This document shows, piece after piece, positions 19,071-27,215 of a DNA stretch of 49,254 nucleotides (position 1 is its first letter; each line of letters opens with the position of its first letter). Location of the stretch: positions 1-49,254 of the forward strand of contig JBIOTN010000148.1 in assembly GCA_044866005.1 (NCBI GenBank), in the 5' to 3' direction. The position numbers were made by a program, and so were the translations under genes. A model generated the notes under the pieces. The model was not told the origin of the DNA, ran no database searches, and saw nothing but the letters and a program-made list of their open reading frames with translations. This DNA is from Candidatus Rokuibacteriota bacterium (GTDB taxonomy: Bacteria; Methylomirabilota; Methylomirabilia; Rokubacteriales; DASRDR01).

Positions 19071-19569
19071 ATCTGGTTCCGGGTCGGTCCGAGCAGGGAA
19101 GGCCCGCACAGCCTCCACAGCCGGGGAGAGTCCCTGCCCGGCACTGTGCGAGGGTGCAGCTGCTGAGCGCCGCCTCCGCCGGCAGGGGCGCGACGAGCGT
19201 GGTGATCGCCGGGAGCAGGATCGCGAGGCCGCCCACGAGGCCGAGCCTCTGCGCCACCTCTCGCCGCGAGTACCCCGCGCCGGTCGGCGGCGATGCCGGC
19301 TCGCGGAGCAATCGGACCTTCCCGAGGCGGTCGAGGGCCATCCACACCATCCTCTCGTCGGCCGGCGCGGCGAGCGCGCGACGGAGCCGCGTGGCCGTCT
19401 GGCCGACCGTCATCTTCCCGTCGCAGTGGCGCCAGACGAGGGCGGCCGTGCGGTTCAGGCAGTAGGCCCGGTGACGCCGGAGGTCGTAGACCAGGATCTC
19501 GTCCGGCAGCTCTTCCACCAGGAGCTCGTCGTCTCTCGCCACCGGCATGCGCGTGCCCGCTCGGTCCAT
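19039..19569 (-). CDS. PqqD/RRE domain fused to a twin-Arg-like signal and a Cys-rich C-terminal peptide (candidate RiPP-like precursor)
   Basis: EILVYD...AYCLNRTAALVWRHCDG (PqqD-like); SRREVAQRLG + hydrophobic stretch + AEA|A; 43-aa tail with 8 Cys; SD GAGGT before ATG 19569. Confidence 0.85.
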   Translation of the reverse strand: MDRAGTRMPVARDDELLVEELPDEILVYDLRRHRAYCLNRTAALVWRHCDGKMTVGQTATRLRRALAAPADERMVWMALDRLGKVRLLREPASPPTGAGYSRREVAQRLGLVGGLAILLPAITTLVAPLPAEAALSSCTLAQCRAGTLPGCGGCAGLPCSDRPGTRCGGPGTCNCR

Positions 19570-19621
19570 CGCTGACCTCACGTGTGTCGGAGTTCGCCGG
19601 CCGTCGCCGCGCCGGGACCGT

Positions 19622-20446
19622 TCACCACCCGCACCCGGCCAGGAGCGCGGGAGCCAGGGCCTCGGCCTCGCCCCGCCGTCCCGCGAGGACCCGCGCCTGG
19701 GAGACGACGCGGGGCAGCGTGGCGAGCGCGAACCTCGGTCGCCACCGGGCGGCGGGGGTGTGGGCCAGGAGCATCAGCACCGCCCGGCCCGGGGAGAGCG
19801 GGCGTGGCCGCCAGCGCGCCCCGGCCGTGTAGCGGGTGACCACGACGAGGCCCACGGGCAAGGGGTCCTCCCCGGGGCGGCTGCCATAGTCGGCGGCCGA
19901 GCGTCGCTCGCGCGGCTGCCCGCTCGGATCCCGGATCGAGAGCGGCTCGGGGAAGGGGTGCACCCGGCCCTGGGCATCGAACACCGCGAGCTCGTCGGAG
20001 TAGTACGTGGCCCCGGCGCGGAGGAGCGCCGCGACCAGGCTCGTCTTCCCGGTGAAGGTGCGCCCCGGGATGACGATGGCCCGTCCCCGCCACCCCACCA
20101 CCCCCGCGTGCATGAACAGCCGCCGGCGCGCGCTCTCCGCGACGTAGAGATGGAGGTTCGTGTCGAGGATGCGGAAGGCCTGGTCGAGGTCCAGCGTCCG
20201 CGCCAGGCGGGCCGATCCCGCGTAGACCAGGTTGAAGCGCCGGACCGCCGCGCGCGGCCCGGCGCCGCCCACGTAGAACGAGTAGAGGTGGTCGACGACG
20301 GGCGACGAGGCGGGTCGCCAGCCGAACGGCAGGACGCCGGCGAGGTGCTCCAGCACGTCCGGCACGTTCGCGCGAATGCCGATGCGCCGGCCGTACGCGA
20401 CGAAGGAGATGCCCGCCGCCCACCCCAGGCGGTCGATCTTCTCCAT
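19622..20446 (-). CDS. HPr kinase-related P-loop kinase
   Basis: FMHAGVV...GRTFTGKTSL...YYSDE motif set; lacks the N-terminal domain of canonical HprK. Confidence 0.85.
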   Translation of the reverse strand: MEKIDRLGWAAGISFVAYGRRIGIRANVPDVLEHLAGVLPFGWRPASSPVVDHLYSFYVGGAGPRAAVRRFNLVYAGSARLARTLDLDQAFRILDTNLHLYVAESARRRLFMHAGVVGWRGRAIVIPGRTFTGKTSLVAALLRAGATYYSDELAVFDAQGRVHPFPEPLSIRDPSGQPRERRSAADYGSRPGEDPLPVGLVVVTRYTAGARWRPRPLSPGRAVLMLLAHTPAARWRPRFALATLPRVVSQARVLAGRRGEAEALAPALLAGCGW

Positions 20447-20563
20447 TCAGGTGGACGGCTGTCTGTACCGTGGCACGGTCAGCGTGGACACGCTCGTCTC
20501 CCGTCGCTCGCGATGGCCTGGCAGCCCGTAGACCCGCTCTCGCCTCTCATGGGGTGACCAATG

Positions 20564-20592
20564 ATCTTATCGCCGCCGGCGTGGGCGCCCAA
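20564..20592 (-). promoter_or_regulatory. Candidate sigma70 promoter for the kinase-RRE-nucleotidyltransferase module
   Basis: Minus strand TTGGGC-N17-TAAGAT. Confidence 0.35.
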
Positions 20593-20651
20593 AGATAATC
20601 CGCGTCCGCCCCGCCCCCGGGCCGGGACGGCCACCCCCGGCCCTCCGCCCG

Positions 20652-20685
20652 GTTCGGGAACGTTCCCCGCTGTTCCGGAACGTTC
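20652..20685. repeat. Four GTTC boxes at exact 10-bp period (two 14-bp direct repeats GTTCsGGAACGTTC)
   Basis: GTTC at 20652, 20662, 20672 and 20682. Confidence 0.6.
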
Positions 20686-20725
20686 GCGCCGCCTCGACGG
20701 GCGGCGCCGCCCGGCGTCCGGCCCG

Positions 20726-21940
20726 TCAGTCACGCCGCGTCGGGCGCGGGACCGAGCCGGGCGGCCCGGACCGCGGCCCGGCCGCCCGCCTCCCGCGTCG
20801 CTCCAGGACCGTTACCATGACGAGGACCCCGACGGCCTGGGCGAGCAAGAGGACCGCGGACAGGGGGGACGCCATCAGGAGCACCGTGGCCGCGACGCTG
20901 AGCGCCGCGCTCAAGGCGTAGATGAAGAGGACGGCATAGTCCGGGCGCCCGAGGAGGGCTTCCAGGCGATGGTGCAGGTGGTCGCGTCCCACGTAATCGA
21001 TCCACTCGCGGAAGCTGCGGACCTTTCCCGTCAGGACGCGATCCACGGTGATGTAGATCATGTCGTAGGTGAAGACGCCGAAGACGAGCAGCGGCGCCGC
21101 CACGTCCACGACCTTGTCCTCGGCCCATTCGCCCAGGACGGCGAGCGACGCGAGGACGAAGCCGAGGAAGTTGCTCCCGGCGTCGCCGAGGAAGATCGTC
21201 GCGCCCTTTCCGGGGCGGAAGTTGTAGGGCAGGAAGCCGAGCGTGCTGCCGAGCAGGGCGGCCGAGATCCAGCCCAGGAACACCTGGTGGCTCTGGTAGG
21301 CGATGATCCCGAGGAAGCCGGCGGCGATGGCCGCCAGGCCGGCGGCGAGCCCGTCCATCCCGTCGAAGAAGTTCATGGCGCTCGTGATCCCGACGATCCA
21401 GACGACCGTGAGGAAGCCGTTCAGGACCTGGCCCCAGAGCGCCTGGGTCGGAAAGAGCGCGAGCGAGATGCCGGAGCCCAGCACGACCAGGGCCGCGGCC
21501 ACGATCGTGGCCAGCTTCACCCACGCCGGGAGCGGCCGAAGGTCGTCGACGAGGCTGACCGCGCTGACCGCGGTGGCTGCCGCGAGCAGGCCGGCCAGGG
21601 TCGGCGAGAGGATCGAGTTGGCGAGCAGGCTCACCACGAACGCCACGTAGATGGCCACCCCGCCGAGCAGCGGGGTGGGCTCCCCGTGGAGCTTCCGCGC
21701 GTCCGGCACGTCGAGGATCCCGTGACGCCGGGCCAGGGCCCGGATGGGGCGCACCAGGAGAAACGCGAGGAGGTACGAGAAGAGGAGGATGTAGAGCCAC
21801 CGCGCGCCCGCATCCGCCAGCCACCGCTGGATCGGAAAGAGAAAGAGGAGGAGCACCGCCGCGACGAGGAGGCCGTAGACGACGCGGCCCACGCGGGCCG
21901 GCTCGGCCTTCACGTCGGGCGCGGGCAGGGCCTGGCTCAT
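20726..21940 (-). CDS. WecA/TagO/MraY-family polyprenyl-phosphate HexNAc-1-phosphate transferase
   Basis: RKLHGEPTPLLGG, LVDD, NFFDGMDGL, FLGDAGS, DHLHHRL. Confidence 0.9.
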   Translation of the reverse strand: MSQALPAPDVKAEPARVGRVVYGLLVAAVLLLFLFPIQRWLADAGARWLYILLFSYLLAFLLVRPIRALARRHGILDVPDARKLHGEPTPLLGGVAIYVAFVVSLLANSILSPTLAGLLAAATAVSAVSLVDDLRPLPAWVKLATIVAAALVVLGSGISLALFPTQALWGQVLNGFLTVVWIVGITSAMNFFDGMDGLAAGLAAIAAGFLGIIAYQSHQVFLGWISAALLGSTLGFLPYNFRPGKGATIFLGDAGSNFLGFVLASLAVLGEWAEDKVVDVAAPLLVFGVFTYDMIYITVDRVLTGKVRSFREWIDYVGRDHLHHRLEALLGRPDYAVLFIYALSAALSVAATVLLMASPLSAVLLLAQAVGVLVMVTVLERRGRRAAGPRSGPPGSVPRPTRRD

Positions 21941-22998
21941 GGGAAGCTCTCCGTGGCCGCCGCCGCGACGCGCTCGGCCTCGGCATCGGTCAGCGCGGGG
22001 TAGAGCGGGAGCGACACCGCCTTCGCCCAGGCCTCCTCGGTGCCCGGGAAGCCGTCCAGGCCGAGGTAGCGGTGGAGCGGCCGGAAGACGGGGCGGCGCG
22101 CCTGGACGCCGCGAGCTTCGAGCCGCGGGAGGTACTCGGCGGCCAGCCGCGGGCCCTGGACCACGTAGCGGAAGTAGACGCGTGCCCGGTCCGGCGACAC
22201 CACCGGCCGCGCCAGCGGCAGCGCCCTCAGTCGCTCGTCGTAGCGGGCGGCGATCGCCGCGCGCCGCGCGAGCAGCCGAGGCAGCCGGCGGAGCTGCGCG
22301 AGACCGAGCGCCGCGGCGAGGTCGGTCAGCTTGTAGTTGAAGCGCGGCCGGTCGTCCAGGCGCTCGTCATAGGCGCGGAGGTCGCGCGCCGCGGCCAGCA
22401 CTCGCGCGTCGCTGGAGAGGAGCATCCCGCCTTCGCCCGTGGTGATGAGCTTCGTCGCGTAGAACGACGCGACGGCCACCGCGCCCGCGCTGCCGACCGG
22501 CCGGGCCCGATACGTGGCCCCCAGGGCGTGGGCGAGATCCTCGATCACCGGGACGCCGAGCGCGGTCAGCGCCTCGAGCTCCGCCGGCAGGCCGAAGGAG
22601 TGGACGACGACGAGCGCCTTGGTCCGTGCCGAGGACGCCCGCTTCGCCGCGTCCGGGTCCAGGTTCAAGCTCGCCGGATCGCAGTCCACCGGCCGCGGGC
22701 GGGCGCCGGCCGCCCGCACGGCCTGCAGGAGCGCCGCGCAGGCGTAAGAGGGGACGAGCACCTCGTCCCCCGCGCCCACGCCCAGGGCGAGCAAGGCCAG
22801 GTGGAGGGCCGCCGTCCCCGAGCTCACCGCCACGCCGCCCTCCACGCCGAGCGCGCGCGCGAGCTCGGCCTCGAACTCGGCGACCCGCGGTCCCTGGGCG
22901 ACGCGTCCTCCACGGAGGACCGCGGCGACGGCCTCGAGGTCCTCCGCCTCGATGCTCGGACGGGAGTGCGGGATGCCGGCCGGCGCGCTATCCGACAT
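21937..22998 (-). CDS. DegT/DnrJ/EryC1/StrS sugar aminotransferase
   Basis: SSGTAALHLAL, IEDLAHALG, SFYATKLITTGEGG. Confidence 0.92.
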   Translation of the reverse strand: MSDSAPAGIPHSRPSIEAEDLEAVAAVLRGGRVAQGPRVAEFEAELARALGVEGGVAVSSGTAALHLALLALGVGAGDEVLVPSYACAALLQAVRAAGARPRPVDCDPASLNLDPDAAKRASSARTKALVVVHSFGLPAELEALTALGVPVIEDLAHALGATYRARPVGSAGAVAVASFYATKLITTGEGGMLLSSDARVLAAARDLRAYDERLDDRPRFNYKLTDLAAALGLAQLRRLPRLLARRAAIAARYDERLRALPLARPVVSPDRARVYFRYVVQGPRLAAEYLPRLEARGVQARRPVFRPLHRYLGLDGFPGTEEAWAKAVSLPLYPALTDAEAERVAAAATESFP

Positions 22999-23605
22999 TG
23001 ACGAAGAGCCGGAACGGGACGAAGCCCTCGGCGTTCCGCACGCGGCCCTGGATGCCCCGGAAGTGGGCCGCCGCGCGCGCCAGGTCGAGAATGGAGAGCG
23101 CCTCGACGCCGGTCTTGGTGACCTGGGAGGTGTGCGCGGTGAGCGCCTCGAGCTTCCGGTCGAGCACGGCGTCGATGTCCACGAAGACCGACGGCGTGAA
23201 GTTGGCCGTGGTCGGCCCCTCGTAGAACAGGACGTTCCGGGTGTAGCGGGAGGCCGTCACCACGGCCGTCGCGATGTTCCGGTGGTCCTGGTGGGTGTCG
23301 TCGGCGAAGTGGACGAGGATCAGGTGGGGCCCCACGGTCTGGAGCACACCCTCGATCTTCTGGATGAGGTCGCGGTCGAGCGTCACCTCCGTGTCGCGGT
23401 AGCCGCCCCAGAAGATCTGCTGCGCCCCGAGGACCCTGGCGGCGTCCTCCTGCTCCTTCCGCCGCTCGGCCGGGTCGCCGCCCAGGCCGCCGTCGGTCAG
23501 GATCAGCAGCTGGACCTGGTGGCCCTTGCCCGCGTACTTGATCAGGGTGCCGCCGCAGCCGAACTCGACGTCATCCGGATGGGCGCCGATCGCCAGGATG
23601 TTCAC
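22988..23605 (-). CDS. PIG-L/LmbE family N-acyl-sugar deacetylase
   Basis: AIGAHPDDVEFGCGG, DTHQDH, HTSQ. Confidence 0.9.
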   Translation of the reverse strand: MNILAIGAHPDDVEFGCGGTLIKYAGKGHQVQLLILTDGGLGGDPAERRKEQEDAARVLGAQQIFWGGYRDTEVTLDRDLIQKIEGVLQTVGPHLILVHFADDTHQDHRNIATAVVTASRYTRNVLFYEGPTTANFTPSVFVDIDAVLDRKLEALTAHTSQVTKTGVEALSILDLARAAAHFRGIQGRVRNAEGFVPFRLFVNVG

Positions 23606-24290
23606 CGGTCTCCCTCCCTTGCCTGAGCAGCTCCAGGCTCGCGTCCCCGCAGTTGAACAGGAGATCGACCACCGACAGGTCCGGCTCGAAGGCACCGAAG
23701 CGCTGCGGATATGGCCGGCAGCGGAAGGTCTGGAAGCCGACCTCGATCCCCGCCTCGGCGAAGCGGGCGAGGTCGAGATAGCCGCGGGCCCCGGCCCCGG
23801 AGAGGTACGTCTCCGCCCCGAGGGCCTGGCAGATCCCGACGAGCCGGTCGGTCGCGTCCCCAACTTCGGGCAGCGTCGAGGCGAGGACGAGCTTCGTCCG
23901 GATGCCGAGCGCGTCGGCGAGGTAGGCGAGGATCGTCTGGTTGAGCTCCGACAGCCGCGTCCACTCGCGCCCGTAGACCTTTTCGAAGAACGGCCGGTGC
24001 GGCTCGAAGAAGGGGGCGCCGCTGTAGTTCGTCACCAGGGCCTGGAGGTGCTTCCGCCCCCAGGCGCTGCCGTTGTCGATCGCCGCTTCGGAGATCGGCT
24101 GGGGGAAACGGTGACGGACGGGGACGGTGAGCCACTGCCAGCCCGCGACCGACTTGATGCGGTTCCGGTTCTGCCAGTCGTTTTTCGCGAACTGGACGCT
24201 GTCCAGGACGACGAAGCAGTCCGCCGCGTCCATCTTGTCGAAATAGCCGAGCCAGGGCAGATACTGCGGCTGGTGGGCAGCCAGCTTCAC
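23571..24290 (-). CDS. WbqC-like protein (putative glycyltransferase)
   Basis: HQPQYLPWLGYFDK, QNRNRI, YLSG, LSVVDLLFN. Confidence 0.88.
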   Translation of the reverse strand: MKLAAHQPQYLPWLGYFDKMDAADCFVVLDSVQFAKNDWQNRNRIKSVAGWQWLTVPVRHRFPQPISEAAIDNGSAWGRKHLQALVTNYSGAPFFEPHRPFFEKVYGREWTRLSELNQTILAYLADALGIRTKLVLASTLPEVGDATDRLVGICQALGAETYLSGAGARGYLDLARFAEAGIEVGFQTFRCRPYPQRFGAFEPDLSVVDLLFNCGDASLELLRQGRETGEHPGDRRPSG

Positions 24291-25759
24291 GCCGGCCTCC
24301 CGGCGAAGATGGGGTTGGAGAGAAGGCGGTGGGGCGCCGTGACCTCCACGCGGAAGACCGCCCGCGTCCCGGGGGCGGGGGGGTCCACCCGCAGCGTCTC
24401 GGCGAACGGCGTGCGGACCTCCCGCGTCGCGAGCACGCGGCCATCGCGGACGAGCCGGAGCGCGAACGGCATCTCGCGCCCGTCGCTGGCGGCCAGGCGC
24501 AGGCGGACCAGCAGCGACGCCGCGCCGCGCGCCTTGAGCTCCGCCCCCATCGGCGCCCACGTCGTCCCGCCCTCCTGGCCGAGCGCGAACTCCTCCAGGA
24601 CCAGGTGGTACCCGGCGAGGGGACGCACGGCGTAGACCCGTCCCGCCCGGAGGGCGGCGAGGATCGCCGCCGGGGAGCGCTCCGCCGCGAGGAAGACGGT
24701 CAGCGCGCCGCCCAGCCGCTTGTCCCGGCCGTGGTAGCCCACCTCGCCGATCGCCCAGGCCGGCCGCGCGCGGGCGCCTCGGGCGTACTCGCCGAGGAGC
24801 TGGTCCCACTCGCGCCCGGGATCGGTGAAGGTCACCGTGTCCTCGTACACGCCGCCGAAGCCCGTGTAGCGGACGCTCTGGAGCAACGCCTCCGGGTAGG
24901 GCTGGGTGCGCACGGTGACGGTCCCGAGCCGGCCGGCCTCGAACCGCCCGAAGTCGCGGGCCTCGGGATAGGACCAGAGCACGGCCCCGCCGCGCGACTC
25001 CGCGTAGTCGATCACCCGCTGGTACGGCGCGATCCCGAGGTCGCCGCGGTAGGGATGGAGCTCCGGCGTGGCGAGCGCTTCCAGGACGACGAGACCGCCC
25101 AGCCCCACGGCGACGGCGCCGGGGAGGCGGTAGCGCTTCTCGACGCGCAGCGTGAAGTGCGCGAGACGCACCGTGCGCGCCCGCCGCGCCCGCAGGAGCG
25201 CGACGCCGCCCCCCATCACCCCCAGGCCGACGGCCGCGGTGAGGAGACCGGTCGCGCCCGCCGCAGCGCCCGGCCCGCCGCCGATGGCGGGGATCCGCGC
25301 GTAGTCGTCCGGCCGCGGGAGCCCGAGGACCAGGAGGTTCTTCTGGGCATCCCACAGGGTGAGGTCGCCCCCCAGCAGCGAGCCGGTCCAGTAGTAGTAG
25401 GGCACGACCTCGACGCCCGGGACGAGGACCACGTCCGGCGCGGCCGCCTGGGCCGCCGCGACGGCCTCGAGGTACCGCTGGAGCCCGGCCCGGCGCACGG
25501 AGGGTTTCTCCACGACCTTCTTGAGCACGCTCCGGAAGGGAAACAGGCCGTACTCGAACCGCAGGAGCAGGTTGTCGGTCAGGAGGACGGCGTCGAGCCG
25601 TTCGCGCCGGGCCTCCGCGACGATGTCGGCGAGGGAGAGGTCGCCCGTCGAGAAGGTCGTGTGGACGTGGACGGCGCCGCGGAGCGGCGTGAGCTCGGCC
25701 GCCTCGCCCCCTCGGACCGAGGCGCCCGCGACCAGGAGCGCGAGCAGGAGCGCCGTCAT
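24287..25759 (-). CDS. Exported/membrane PHP-fold-like protein
   Basis: Signal peptide; GAVHVHTTFS, LLTDN, PGVE; two internal hydrophobic helices. Confidence 0.65.
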   Translation of the reverse strand: MTALLLALLVAGASVRGGEAAELTPLRGAVHVHTTFSTGDLSLADIVAEARRERLDAVLLTDNLLLRFEYGLFPFRSVLKKVVEKPSVRRAGLQRYLEAVAAAQAAAPDVVLVPGVEVVPYYYWTGSLLGGDLTLWDAQKNLLVLGLPRPDDYARIPAIGGGPGAAAGATGLLTAAVGLGVMGGGVALLRARRARTVRLAHFTLRVEKRYRLPGAVAVGLGGLVVLEALATPELHPYRGDLGIAPYQRVIDYAESRGGAVLWSYPEARDFGRFEAGRLGTVTVRTQPYPEALLQSVRYTGFGGVYEDTVTFTDPGREWDQLLGEYARGARARPAWAIGEVGYHGRDKRLGGALTVFLAAERSPAAILAALRAGRVYAVRPLAGYHLVLEEFALGQEGGTTWAPMGAELKARGAASLLVRLRLAASDGREMPFALRLVRDGRVLATREVRTPFAETLRVDPPAPGTRAVFRVEVTAPHRLLSNPIFAGRPA

Positions 25760-26973
25760 CGGCCGCCCGGCGTGAGGAGCTCGCGGTAGAGCGCCTCGAG
25801 CTTCTCGACCATCGCCTCGACGCTGTAGCGCCGCGCCCGCTCGCGCGCCGCCTTGCCGAGCCGGGCCCCCAGGTCCGGCTCCGCGAGGCACGTCTCGATC
25901 GCCGCGGCGAGAGCCCGGGCCTCGCCCGGCTGGACCAGGATTCCGGCCTCGTCGTCGCCCAGGACCTCGGGGATCCCGCCGGCACGGGACGCCACGATGG
26001 GCCGGCCGGCCGCCATCGCCTCGACCAGGGCGCGGCCCATGCCTTCGTTGAGCGAGGGCAGCACGAAGACGTCGAAGGCGTGCAGCAGGTCGGGCACGTC
26101 GGTCCGCCAGCCGAGGAAGCGGACGCGCCCGGCGAGGCCGGCCCGGTTGCAGGCCGCGCGGAGCGGCGCTGCCAGCTCGCCGTCCCCCGCGAGCACGAGG
26201 GCGACGTCCGGCGCGCGCGGCGCCAGCTGCTGGAAGGCCTCCACGAGCACGCGGTGCCCCTTGATCGGCTCGAGGCGACCGACCGACCCGATCACACGCG
26301 CGTCCGGCGGCAGCCCCAGGGCGGCCTTGACCCGCTCCGGTGGGACGGCGGGCGCCTCGAAGGCGGCGAGAGGCACGCCGCTCGGGATGGTGACGAACTG
26401 GTCGGGCCGGCCGATGCCCCGCGCCAGGTGGTCCTGCGCCTCGCGGTCCGTGAGCCCGACGATGCGGTCCGTGAAGCGCGCCGCCCAGCGCTCGAGGCGG
26501 ACGTAGAGTCCGGTCACCGCAGGACCGGCATAGCCCGTGAAGACGTGGCCGTGGGGCGTGTGGACGAGCCGGGGGACGCCGGCCCACCGCGCCGCGACAC
26601 GCCCCAGGATCCCGGCCTTCGAGCTGTGGGTGTGGACGAGGTCGACGCGCTCCCGTCGGAGCCGGCGGTAGATCCTGTAGAGCGCCACCAGGTCGCGTCC
26701 GGGCGAGATGGGCCGGACCAGCTCCGGCACCATCTCCACCTCGACCGTGTCCGCGAGGCGCGCCAGGAGCGGCGAGGGCTCCCGCGTGCGCCCGGCGAGC
26801 AGGGTCGGCCGGAACGGCGGCGCCAGCCCCGCGACCGTGAGCAGCGTGTTCTCCGCCGAGCCGCCCCGGTCGAGCCGCGTGATGAGGTGGAGGATCCGGA
26901 ACTCGCGCTTCGCTCGGAGCGCTTCGTCGTGAGCGGCGCCGTGTCTGTCGCCGGGGGCGTCGTGTTTCAGCAT
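25756..26973 (-). CDS. Glycosyltransferase family 4
   Basis: HTHSSKAG, VGRLEPIKG, PSLNEGMGRALVEAMA. Confidence 0.9.
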   Translation of the reverse strand: MLKHDAPGDRHGAAHDEALRAKREFRILHLITRLDRGGSAENTLLTVAGLAPPFRPTLLAGRTREPSPLLARLADTVEVEMVPELVRPISPGRDLVALYRIYRRLRRERVDLVHTHSSKAGILGRVAARWAGVPRLVHTPHGHVFTGYAGPAVTGLYVRLERWAARFTDRIVGLTDREAQDHLARGIGRPDQFVTIPSGVPLAAFEAPAVPPERVKAALGLPPDARVIGSVGRLEPIKGHRVLVEAFQQLAPRAPDVALVLAGDGELAAPLRAACNRAGLAGRVRFLGWRTDVPDLLHAFDVFVLPSLNEGMGRALVEAMAAGRPIVASRAGGIPEVLGDDEAGILVQPGEARALAAAIETCLAEPDLGARLGKAARERARRYSVEAMVEKLEALYRELLTPGGR

Positions 26974-26977
26974 CGGC

Positions 26978-27187
26978 TCAGGGCCGCTTCTCCACGGCGT
27001 CGCCGCGCCGGAAGTCCTTGGGCTCGTACTCCCGCGGGCCGTAGGCGCCGAGCCAGGTGACGACGTCGGGGACGAGCGTCGCGCCGACGTAGACGAGCCC
27101 GGCGAAGATGAGCGCCACGAGCAGCCAGGCGCGGCGGCTCACCGCCGGAATGCCCAGCCGCCTCAGCAGTCGCCGTCCGGGCCGCAT
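26978..27187 (-). CDS. Small single-pass membrane protein (69 aa)
   Basis: Basic N-terminus, TM AWLLVALIFAGLVYVGATLV; fills the gap in the operon; purine-rich SD-like sequence upstream. Confidence 0.55.
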   Translation of the reverse strand: MRPGRRLLRRLGIPAVSRRAWLLVALIFAGLVYVGATLVPDVVTWLGAYGPREYEPKDFRRGDAVEKRP

Positions 27188-27215
27188 GCCCGTCTCCTCT
27201 CCGCCGCCGCCCGCC

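Noticed and set aside
17922..20446. Lasso peptide or PQQ biosynthesis cluster
   Set aside because: No asparagine-synthetase-like cyclase, B2 protease, PqqB/C/E or separate short precursor is visible.
19622..20446. Canonical HprK of carbon catabolite control
   Set aside because: No N-terminal HprK domain or canonical signature, and no PTS genes nearby; the context is RRE plus nucleotidyltransferase.
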